Virus record (IMG/VR): IMGVR_UViG_3300032237_000992
Location: 1-53,997 of that record
Reading direction: 5' to 3' (one strand)
DNA: 53,997 nt
Source: a virus
Taxonomy: Duplodnaviria; Caudoviricetes
This document shows positions 46,501 through 53,997 of this stretch, in pieces. Position 1 is the first letter of the stretch. Every line of letters starts with the position of its first letter. The translations under genes and the position numbers were made by a program. Under the pieces are notes generated by a model. The model saw only the letters and a program-made list of their open reading frames with translations. It did no database searches and was not told the DNA's origin.

Positions 46501-49500
46501 TTAATTTAGATATACCTTCTATTGGAATTAATAATGTAAGAGCATCCGATACTTTAGATTTTAGACCAAGGGTAGTTCCATTTACTAGCTCTTCATCTTG
46601 TCCGTTTGATTTTTCATCTAGATCATTTAATCAAGATCCTAAATTAATTTTAACTCCAGATGAAGGTTGTTTAATATCCTATAGTTTTTATTTGGGAAGA
46701 ATTGATAAATTGTATCTTAATAAATTGGGAGATTTTATTGTTTCTCAAGGTACGCCATCAATAGCACCTACAGAGCCACCAACTCCAAATGAAGTTCTGC
46801 AGCTTGCTACAATATCTCTTCCTCCATATCTGTATAATCCTAGAGATGCAGCTATATCTTTAGTTGATAATAGAAGATATACTATGAGAGATATTGGAAA
46901 TATTGAAAATAGAGTTAAAAATCTTGAGAGAGTAACATCTCTTTCTCTTCTTGAATTGAATACTCAATCTCTGCAAATCCAAGATGCTCAAGGATTTAAT
47001 AGATTTAAAACTGGATTTTTTGTAGATGACTTTAAAAATTATGATTTGATGAATAATCTACTTTCTACCGTTGAAATTAATGTTGATAATAATGAATTAA
47101 CTGTTCCTATTGGCAGAAATAGCATTAACTTACTTCCAGTATCTTCTCAAATATTTACAAATGAAGATCTAGATTTGAATGAAAATTTTGTTTTATATGA
47201 TTCTAATGTTCAAAAAACTGGAGATGTAATCACATTAAAATATGAATCTGTAGGATGGATTGAACAACCTCTAGCAACAAAAGTAGAAAATGTTAATCCT
47301 TTTAATGTTATAAGTTATAATGGTAGTATAAAACTTAATCCAGAAAGTGATAGTTGGGTAAGAACTATAGACTTGGATGATATTTTTGTTCAGTCATCCA
47401 CAGCTTTAAAAGTTACTCCAAAAGAAGCAAAGGAATGGATTAGAGAAAATAATGCCCAACCAATATTTGCAAAAACTAGAATATACAGAAAGAGTTTCTG
47501 GGAATGGTCCTCAAGAAAATTCAAAAAAAGAGTAAAGGGAGCTACAACAACATCTACAGAAAGTGAAATAATTAATACTGGCGATGAAATTTTTATGAGA
47601 TCCAGAAATACTGGATTCTATTCTTCTAATTTAAGACCTTTAACTAGATTTTATCAATTTTTAGATGGAGTAAGTCAGGTAGACTTTGTTCCAAAATTAA
47701 TTGAAATTTCACCAAATGATACCTTGCAAAATTATGGATCTTCAGGATCTTTCCAAGTGGGAGAAACTGTTATTGGAACTATGAATGGACAGAATTTAAT
47801 TTCATTTAGAGTTGCATCTTCAAATCATAAAGAAGGATTATTCAATTCACCATCTACCGTTTATAATATAAATCCATATAATAGAGATGAAAGTATTTCA
47901 GAAACATACAGTTCTTCATCAAAAGTTCTTAACGTAGATATTGAATCCTTATGCCAAAATGCACAAGGATTATATTCGGGGTATCTATTGGCAGGAATGA
48001 AATTAGTTGGAAGTACTAGTGGAGCAGTTGCTTATGTAAAAGATTTAAGATTAATTTCAGATAATTATGGAGATCTTATTGGAGCATTCTTTTTAAGAGA
48101 TCCGTATTCAGTTCCTCCTCCAGTTGCAAGAATAAATACTGGCTCTAAAGTTTACAAATTAACATCTAGTCAAAGTAATGAAGAGCCTCTTGCAGGAAGT
48201 GCCTTGATTTCTTCCGCAGAAGAAATTTATGAATCCAAAGGAACTTGGGAAGAAAAGCAAACTACAATAACTACTACAACAACTAAATTTAAATATAAAT
48301 CTAAACCTAAATTTAAATTTGTTGATCCATTAGCACAATCTTTTGTTGTTGGTGAAAATATTGGAGATGGAAGCGGTAATATTGCAAATGAAGATGTAAA
48401 TGGAGCATTTTTAACAGCGGTAGATCTTTTCTTTGCAAGTAAAGACCCAAATAATGCTCCATTAACAGTTCAAGTTAGAACTCTTGAATTGGGAACTCCA
48501 ACAACAGATGTACTTTCACAAGTCACTTTAAAACCAAATGACATAACAATATCCAGTGATGCAAGCGTTGCAACAAAAGTTACATTTGATTATCCAGTAT
48601 ATCTTTCGCCTGGATTAGAATATGCAATTGTCATTTTGTCACCACAATCAGATCAATATGAGGTCTGGATTGCTGAAATGGGAGAAAAAACTGTAAATAC
48701 TTCAACTCTTCCTGATACTGAAAGTGTTCGTTACAGTAAACAGTTTGCAATTGGAAGTCTATTTAAATCTCAAAACGGATCAATTTGGACTGCTAATCAA
48801 TATCAAGATCTTAAATTTAAACTTTATAAGGCCAATTTCATATCTACTAATGGAAGTGTATTTTTCCAAAATCCAACCCTTAATGAAAGTAATGGATATA
48901 TTCCAACTTTAAGAAATAATCCAATTAAAGTCTACCCAAGAAGATTAGCTCTCAAAATAACAGCTACTACTGATAATGGTATAACTGGAATATTAACTTC
49001 TGGAAGAAAAATTTCTGGAAATGGAAGTAATGATTCCTATAAGTATGGTTATATTTTTGGTACAGGAGGTCCTGTTAGTTCAACCAATCCAATAAGTATA
49101 ACAAATGCAGGTGTAAATTACGCTAATACAACTTCAGTTTCTACATACCCAATTACGGGAAATGGAACTGGATTAGTTGTTGATATTACAACTACAAATG
49201 GAAAAGTTACAGGAGTTACTCCCACATCATATGGAAATGGTTATGCAGTTGGAGATGTTGTTGGAATCGTAACTTCATCAGTATCCACAAATTCTGGTAA
49301 AGATGCTAGAATTACAATCACTACAATTAATGGATTAGATACGCTTTATGTTTCTAATATTCAAGCAAATGATTTTACCGATAATATAAATTTAGTTTAT
49401 TATAACAATTCTGGTGCTAGAGTAACTCTAAATTCTACTCAAATATTATCAGCTAATCCAATTGGAGGTTTTTATGGTGGTAATATTATTGAGGTATCTC

Positions 49501-50834
49501 ATTTTGAGCATGGAATGTATGCTCCAAATAATAAATTAGTATTGAATAATGTTGAATCTAATGTAACTCCAGCAACTTTAGCTGCTCCGATTAGTGTATC
49601 TGATACAAGTATTACTTTGACATCAACTAATAATTTTAATGAATTTGAAGGAATTCCTGTTGGAGCTGGAAATCCTGGATATGTTAAAATTGGAAATGAA
49701 ATCATTAAATATCAAGCCGTAAGTAATAATCAATTAACAACTATTACAAGGGGATTTGATTCTACCATTATAGAATCTCATACAATAGATGAATTAGTTT
49801 ATAAGTATGAATTTTCTGGAGTTTCTCTTAGAAGAATTAATACTACCCATGATATTAGTGATATTTCTAAAGATATTGATACTTATTTTATAGAAATTGA
49901 TAGATCGAGTTCAGTAGGTGTAGATAGAAGTAGTGACGTTACTGCTACAAATTATCCTCAACTTTCATTTAATTCAGAATTATCTGGAGGTGGAAGTAAA
50001 GTTACTGCTACTCAAAATATTCAATATGATACAATCGTCCCACACATTTCTTCAATAATTCCAAGTTCTGTGGCGGATGTTTCGGTACAAATAAGAACAA
50101 TTAGTGGCACAAGTGCTGGAGGAAATGAGGTATCCTTCCAAGATCAAGGGTATCAGGATGTTGAATTGGGTTCTGAAAATAAACTTTCTTCTACAAGAAT
50201 TGTATGTTCTCATGTTAATGAGATTACATATTTAAATGGTATCTTGTTACAGGATAGAAGTAAGTCATTAATTACTAAAGTTAATTTAGAAACCAGTGAT
50301 AATAATCTATCTCCAATAATTTTCTGGAAAGATTCTTCTGTTCTTTTATTGAGCAACAGTTTAAATAATCCTATTTCAGATTATATTAACGATAGAAGAG
50401 TTAATTCTATTGCCAATGATCCACATTCATCAATATACGTTTCTAATACTATCAGGCTAGAGCAACCAGCAACTTCTCTTAAAGTTATTTTATCTGCTTA
50501 CAGACCAGACTCTGCTGATTTTAGAGTTCTTTATAGTTTAATTCGTCCAGATTCAAGTGAAGTTGAACAAACATTTGAATTGTTCCCTGGTTATAATAAT
50601 TTAACGATTGATAGTAACCAAGATGGATATTTAGATGTAGTTGACCCATCGCAAAATAGTGGTCTTCCTGATAAATTTGTTCCATCAAGTTTGGAAAATC
50701 AATTTTTAGAGTATGAATTTACCGCTAGTAATTTGGGAGATTTTAGTGGATATACTATTAAGATAGTTATGTCTGGTACTAATCAAGCAAATCCTCCAAG
50801 ATTTGCAGACTTAAGGAGTATTGCAATACGATGA
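43545..50834 (+). CDS. Large virion structural protein (DUF4815/VrlC-like), 2429 aa
   Basis: NLNVSPYFDDF...QARELNTLQSILQNQ, APGADR, RYTMRDIG.IE.R, DPLAQSF, GSLFKSQNG..W, DLRSIAI. Confidence 0.85.
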   Translation: MAQKTNLNVSPYFDDFSEKDLGARDKNYYKILFNPGKPIQARELNTLQSILQNQVESFGSHIFKEGSVVIPGNIVYDGQFHAVKLNPQQYAVEITTYLNNLVGKKITGQISGVTATVQTVQFPNSEVEYPTIYVKYINSNSDFEVSSFQNNEQLYADEIIGSIAAGTPLATTISSEATSIGSAASIGEGIYFIRGTFVRVEKQTIILDYYTNTPSYRIGLRVDEQIITAKDDSTLYDNAKGFTNYAAPGADRFKISLILSKKPIDDLNDTDFVELLRVKDGAIKKIDVKSSYSVIRDYLAQRTYDESGDYVVNPFQFSIHNSLNDALGNDGIYFSDEKTDQGNTPTENLMCIKFSPGKAYVRGYDIEKTGVEIIDVAKPRTTQLVENINIPFEMGNLIRVNNVSGVPKQKKTVALYDYRKSSNSSPSGTKIGDARIYTFNLTDSAYSGNSTNWDLYLYDIQTYTRIQLNTTISNSELPASSFIKGKSSGATGYATSSGSNSDTIYLRQTSGSFIVGEQILINGVDSISRSIKSIRAYSTEDIKSIYQSTSISGYASAFIADTQLDKIIPTGFSPTDTITINNGSVTAGKVFSGISSNTIIRYQRIGFTTETYNRVNSISSDKTTITLSSVPSISGVCDGNVPASQIQVPFVLGTPKIRNQEKGFLYAELSEPNISSTNLSNSTVTFTAQSTGTLVSTGSLTVNTSNFDLGINTTTAQFQAFDEERYSIHYNDGTIENLTSDKVSISNNQVTFSNIQSKTIDAINATFVKNGIQNKLKKYTRSNTISINFSKNTQSGITSNTSVNDGLIYNSYYGLRVQDEEICLKYPDVVKVIAVYESLNNLDPILDTISFSSQSNVDTNAIIGENIVGKNSKAIARVVSKPSSNTLGIIYLNNNKFNTNENVQFELSNINTKIVAFTAGKYKNITNRFILDKGQKEQYYDYSKLIRRKGESEPSNRLLVIFDHYTVPSDDNGDVFTVNSYEEERFNLDIPSIGINNVRASDTLDFRPRVVPFTSSSSCPFDFSSRSFNQDPKLILTPDEGCLISYSFYLGRIDKLYLNKLGDFIVSQGTPSIAPTEPPTPNEVLQLATISLPPYLYNPRDAAISLVDNRRYTMRDIGNIENRVKNLERVTSLSLLELNTQSLQIQDAQGFNRFKTGFFVDDFKNYDLMNNLLSTVEINVDNNELTVPIGRNSINLLPVSSQIFTNEDLDLNENFVLYDSNVQKTGDVITLKYESVGWIEQPLATKVENVNPFNVISYNGSIKLNPESDSWVRTIDLDDIFVQSSTALKVTPKEAKEWIRENNAQPIFAKTRIYRKSFWEWSSRKFKKRVKGATTTSTESEIINTGDEIFMRSRNTGFYSSNLRPLTRFYQFLDGVSQVDFVPKLIEISPNDTLQNYGSSGSFQVGETVIGTMNGQNLISFRVASSNHKEGLFNSPSTVYNINPYNRDESISETYSSSSKVLNVDIESLCQNAQGLYSGYLLAGMKLVGSTSGAVAYVKDLRLISDNYGDLIGAFFLRDPYSVPPPVARINTGSKVYKLTSSQSNEEPLAGSALISSAEEIYESKGTWEEKQTTITTTTTKFKYKSKPKFKFVDPLAQSFVVGENIGDGSGNIANEDVNGAFLTAVDLFFASKDPNNAPLTVQVRTLELGTPTTDVLSQVTLKPNDITISSDASVATKVTFDYPVYLSPGLEYAIVILSPQSDQYEVWIAEMGEKTVNTSTLPDTESVRYSKQFAIGSLFKSQNGSIWTANQYQDLKFKLYKANFISTNGSVFFQNPTLNESNGYIPTLRNNPIKVYPRRLALKITATTDNGITGILTSGRKISGNGSNDSYKYGYIFGTGGPVSSTNPISITNAGVNYANTTSVSTYPITGNGTGLVVDITTTNGKVTGVTPTSYGNGYAVGDVVGIVTSSVSTNSGKDARITITTINGLDTLYVSNIQANDFTDNINLVYYNNSGARVTLNSTQILSANPIGGFYGGNIIEVSHFEHGMYAPNNKLVLNNVESNVTPATLAAPISVSDTSITLTSTNNFNEFEGIPVGAGNPGYVKIGNEIIKYQAVSNNQLTTITRGFDSTIIESHTIDELVYKYEFSGVSLRRINTTHDISDISKDIDTYFIEIDRSSSVGVDRSSDVTATNYPQLSFNSELSGGGSKVTATQNIQYDTIVPHISSIIPSSVADVSVQIRTISGTSAGGNEVSFQDQGYQDVELGSENKLSSTRIVCSHVNEITYLNGILLQDRSKSLITKVNLETSDNNLSPIIFWKDSSVLLLSNSLNNPISDYINDRRVNSIANDPHSSIYVSNTIRLEQPATSLKVILSAYRPDSADFRVLYSLIRPDSSEVEQTFELFPGYNNLTIDSNQDGYLDVVDPSQNSGLPDKFVPSSLENQFLEYEFTASNLGDFSGYTIKIVMSGTNQANPPRFADLRSIAIR

Positions 50835-51031
50835 TAAGAGTAAAAGGACATCCAAATTTGTACCGAGATGAGAATTCTGGTGCTATAATAAACTGTGACA
50901 ATCAATCCTACACTCAGTATGTAAATAGTTTACATAATAGAGAAAATCAAAAAAAAGAGATTGAACAAATAAAATCCGATATTAGTGAAATTAAAACTTT
51001 ATTAAAGGAGTTACTAAATGAATCCAGATGA
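50831..51031 (+). CDS. Conserved hypothetical protein
   Basis: VKGHPNLYRDENSGAIIN...ISEIKTLLKEL. Confidence 0.75.
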   Translation: MIRVKGHPNLYRDENSGAIINCDNQSYTQYVNSLHNRENQKKEIEQIKSDISEIKTLLKELLNESR

Positions 51032-51203
51032 AATACAACTTGATAGTATCAATAAAATGTTTGAATTTGAAAGACAATCGCGTATTATAGATGAACTAAG
51101 TCCAAATGAGTTGAAAAATTTTGCCAAATTATATTGCAAGCTATATTTAAAACAGCAAGAAGTGATTGGATCTTTAAATTTTTCAGGAACGTTGGAGATA
51201 TAA
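51018..51203 (+). CDS. Small helical protein, NblA-like
   Basis: Residue spacing matches the NblA helix-loop-helix pattern (see findings). Confidence 0.5.
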   Translation: MNPDEIQLDSINKMFEFERQSRIIDELSPNELKNFAKLYCKLYLKQQEVIGSLNFSGTLEI

Positions 51204-51206
51204 ATA
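51199..51206 (+). promoter_or_regulatory. T4-type late promoter
   Basis: TATAAATA upstream of 51231. Confidence 0.8.
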
Positions 51207-51230
51207 CAAAGTAGACCTTTAAGAAAATAG

Positions 51231-51575
51231 ATGGCATCAGTATATGTAAACAATTTAGTTATTAATGCTGGTTCCGATTTTAGTCAGTTCTTTACTTTAG
51301 AGGGTTCTGATACCAATTCTCCTTTGAATTTGACCAACTACAGTGTAGAATCTCAAATGCGAAAATGGGCAGGAAGTTCTGTAGCCGTATCTTTTGGTTC
51401 TAGTATTGTTCTTCCCAAAACATTAGGTAAAGTTGCTATTAGTTTGGGATCTAGCGAAACTCAAAATTTAAAGCCTGGTCGATATGTATATGATGTTCTG
51501 ATTACCGATGACAAAGGAGTTAAAATTAGAGTTATTGAGGGAATGGTTCTAGTACGAGAAGGGGTTACTAGATAA
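51231..51575 (+). CDS. Virion structural protein
   Basis: NL.I..G.DFS..F...LKPGRYVYDV...RVIEGMVLVREGVTR. Confidence 0.75.
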   Translation: MASVYVNNLVINAGSDFSQFFTLEGSDTNSPLNLTNYSVESQMRKWAGSSVAVSFGSSIVLPKTLGKVAISLGSSETQNLKPGRYVYDVLITDDKGVKIRVIEGMVLVREGVTR

Positions 51576-52093
51576 TGCCAAATATTAAAGTCAGTTTTGA
51601 TAATTCAGGAACAAAAGTTAGAGTAGGGCAGCAAAATGGAATAACTGTTCGCTCTAGTGTTTCTGGGGCGGCTGGCGGAAATGCAGAAAATGCTATAAAT
51701 GCTATAAATGCAGAAAATGCTATAAATTCTGTAAATGTAATTGGTGGAATAGCCTCTGTAACTCAATTATCTGTAAGTGGATTATCTACTTTTCTTGATG
51801 TTGCAACTTTTCAGAATGATGTTTATATAGGTAGTAATTTATACATTAGTAATGATTTAGTTTTTGATGAATTTACTGCTCGTAATGGAAACATTACTGG
51901 CATCCTTACAGTTGGTCAATCATTATATTATCCAATTGGAGAACCTTACGGAATTGCATATTTTGATCAAAATGACAAATTAGTTTCAACTGGAACGACT
52001 GCAGTAGCTATATCAGAAACCAACTATATAGTTTCAACCAATTCATCAGGCGTTCCGACCTGGGCAAGTGTTATAGATGGAGGTTCCTATTAA
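51575..52093 (+). CDS. Putative structural/fibre-like protein
   Basis: GGIASVTQLSVSGLSTF, NAENAINAI repeats, C-terminal GVPTW...IDGGSY. Confidence 0.6.
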   Translation: MPNIKVSFDNSGTKVRVGQQNGITVRSSVSGAAGGNAENAINAINAENAINSVNVIGGIASVTQLSVSGLSTFLDVATFQNDVYIGSNLYISNDLVFDEFTARNGNITGILTVGQSLYYPIGEPYGIAYFDQNDKLVSTGTTAVAISETNYIVSTNSSGVPTWASVIDGGSY

Positions 52094-52935
52094 TGTCAAA
52101 ACCAAGTAGTAGGCAGGAATTAATAGATTATTGTTTACGAAGATTGGGAGCACCAGTTTTAGAAATTAATCTAGCAGATGAGCAGATTGATGATTTGGTG
52201 GATGATGCTCTCCAATATTTCTACGAAAGGCACTTTGATGGTGTCGAAAGAATGTACTTAAAGTACAAAATTACGGAACAAGATATTAATAGAGGAACAG
52301 CAAAAGCTCCTAATGGAGTTGGTATTGTAACCACTACAGGAACTGCAAATATTTCTGGAATGGGTACTACATCATTTAATTTTTATGAAACATCTAATTT
52401 TATTCAAGTTCCTGACTCTATAATAGGAATTGAAAAAGTTTTTAAATTTGATACAAGTTCAATTTCTGGAGGAATGTGGAGCATTAAATATCAATTATTT
52501 TTAAATGATTTATATTACTTCAATTCTGTTGAACTTCTTCAGTATGCTATGGTTAAAACATACTTAGAAGATATTGATTTTCTTCTTTCTACTGATAAAC
52601 AAGTTAGATTTAATAAAAGGCAAAATAGATTATATCTTGATATAGATTGGAATTCAAAATCGCAAGATAGTTTTATTATACTTGATTGTTACAGAATTTT
52701 AGATCCAAATGATTTTACAAAAGTATATAATGATAGTTTTCTTAAAAAATATTTGACTGCATTAATGAAGAGACAGTGGGGTCAAAATTTAATTAAATTT
52801 AGAGGAGTAAAACTTCCTGGTGGAATTGAATTAAATGGTAGAGAATTATATGATGATGCAGAAAGAGAAATTGAAGGCATAAAACAAAGAATGTCTATGG
52901 ATTATGAATTACCACCTTACGATTTTATTGGATAA
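52093..52935 (+). CDS. gp13: Neck protein gp13
   Basis: SRQELIDYCLRRLGAPVLEIN...KRQWGQNLIKF.GVKLPGG..LNG. Confidence 0.95.
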   Translation: MSKPSSRQELIDYCLRRLGAPVLEINLADEQIDDLVDDALQYFYERHFDGVERMYLKYKITEQDINRGTAKAPNGVGIVTTTGTANISGMGTTSFNFYETSNFIQVPDSIIGIEKVFKFDTSSISGGMWSIKYQLFLNDLYYFNSVELLQYAMVKTYLEDIDFLLSTDKQVRFNKRQNRLYLDIDWNSKSQDSFIILDCYRILDPNDFTKVYNDSFLKKYLTALMKRQWGQNLIKFRGVKLPGGIELNGRELYDDAEREIEGIKQRMSMDYELPPYDFIG

Positions 52936-53997
52936 TGGCACTTAATCCATTTTTTTTACAAGGTTCTCCAAATGAACAAAGACTTGTTCAAGAACTAATT
53001 AATGAACAACTTAAAATGTATGGGGTGGAAGTAGTTTACATTCCCAGAAAATTTGTGCGGAAAGAAACTATTTTAAAAGAAATATCATCCTCAAAATTTA
53101 ATGATAATTATGCAATTGAAGCCTATGTAAGTAATTTTGATGGATATACTGGACAAGGAGATATTTTATCAAAATTTGGTGTGAGTTTAAAGGATGAAAT
53201 AAGTTTAGTAATTTCTAGAGAAAGATTTGAAGATTTTATTGCTCCATTTTTAGAATCTGAAAATGATGATGAAATTGAATTATTATCTAGACCTAGAGAA
53301 GGAGATTTAGTATATTTTCCACTTGGTCAAAGATTATTTGAAGTTAAATTTGTAGAGCATGAAAATCCCTTCTATCAACTAGGAAAACTATACGTTTATG
53401 AAATAAAATGTGAATTGTTTGAATATGAAGATGAAGTTATTGATACAAGTATTGATGAAATCGATACTCAAGTTCAAGAAGAAGGATACATTACAACACT
53501 ATCATTAATTGGTAGTGGTTCAACTGCAACGGCTACTGCAAATATCGGATCTGGATATATTAGAAAAATTTTATTAGATAATGATGGATATGGATATATT
53601 AGTCCTCCAAATGTTTCTATTTCTACTGCTCCTACAGGTGGAGTAAATGCTTCAGCAGTAGCAATTACATCTTCATTTGGTGGAGTTAGATCAGTTAAAG
53701 AAATACTTCTTATTAATGCTGGTTCTGGTTATACAATAGCTCCACAAATTACAATATCTGGTGGGGGAGGATATGGAGCTAAAGCTTCTTGTTCCGTTGA
53801 AACAGTTAAAAATGGAATTATATCATTTAATATAAACAATTCTGGAAGTGGATATAAAAATAAACCAACCATGAGTATTGTCGGTTCAGTAGGAACTGGA
53901 GAAACTGCCACAGCAGTTGCTTATATAAGTGCTAATAATCAAGTATCTTCAATTTTAATATCCAATCCCGGAGAAGGTTATACACAATCGCCTACTA
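52935..53997 (+). CDS. gp14: Neck protein gp14 (3' truncated by window)
   Basis: MALNPFFLQGS..EQRLVQELINEQLKMYGVEVVYIPR...RPREGDLVYFP...FVEHENPFYQLGK; open to window end. Confidence 0.92.
   Translation, partial: MALNPFFLQGSPNEQRLVQELINEQLKMYGVEVVYIPRKFVRKETILKEISSSKFNDNYAIEAYVSNFDGYTGQGDILSKFGVSLKDEISLVISRERFEDFIAPFLESENDDEIELLSRPREGDLVYFPLGQRLFEVKFVEHENPFYQLGKLYVYEIKCELFEYEDEVIDTSIDEIDTQVQEEGYITTLSLIGSGSTATATANIGSGYIRKILLDNDGYGYISPPNVSISTAPTGGVNASAVAITSSFGGVRSVKEILLINAGSGYTIAPQITISGGGGYGAKASCSVETVKNGIISFNINNSGSGYKNKPTMSIVGSVGTGETATAVAYISANNQVSSILISNPGEGYTQSPT

Noticed and set aside
51669-51728. 9-bp tandem repeats
   Set aside because: In-frame NAE/NAI coding repeats typical of fibre proteins
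41063-53911. Short ORFs within structural genes (41063, 45995, 48724, 49499, 51014, 53729)
   Set aside because: Nested in long conserved CDSs; no independent signals
1-53997. tRNA or rRNA genes
   Set aside because: No cloverleaf with T-loop GTTCRA and matching acceptor stem recognised by eye; tRNAscan-SE would be needed to exclude them formally

Overview
The window is a segment of a large T4-like cyanomyovirus genome, probably infecting a Synechococcus/Cyanobium-type picocyanobacterium. Evidence: gp25/gp6/gp7/gp8/gp13/gp14 homologues, T4 late promoters TATAAATA, cp12, speD and cyanobacterial-type DnaA boxes. It has two very different halves. (1) About 1-25,400 is a hypervariable accessory/early region of dozens of short, almost all + strand ORFs. 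It is organised as repeated modules: a palindrome GTGCCAGT-N6-ACTGGCAC (about 26 copies, spacer always 6 bp) that often overlaps the previous gene's stop codon, then a GC-rich hairpin or spacer, then usually a -10 box starting 38-40 bp after the start of the right arm, then one to several mini-genes. Cargo includes a putative endonuclease + Dam-family methylase pair, CP12, a pilin/lipoprotein/SPFH membrane cluster, an AbrB-like/ArdA-like fusion, KTSC-like proteins and many acidic mini-proteins. GC content rises to a visibly GC-rich block at about 22.7-25.0 kb. Embedded in this half are a GIY-YIG homing endonuclease, an origin-like locus (three TTTTCCACA DnaA boxes, AT-rich tract, 29-bp direct repeat), three clusters of a second palindrome (AWCTMG-N-CKAGAT / CTAGAT repeats) and an ATTCGT repeat zone at the boundary. 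(2) About 25,500-53,997 is the AT-rich conserved core: a few small genes, a glycosyltransferase-like gene, speD, then the baseplate/neck module including a 3,998-aa gp7-like and a 2,429-aa DUF4815-like protein, ending inside gp14. All product calls come from motif recognition by eye; no database searches were run.
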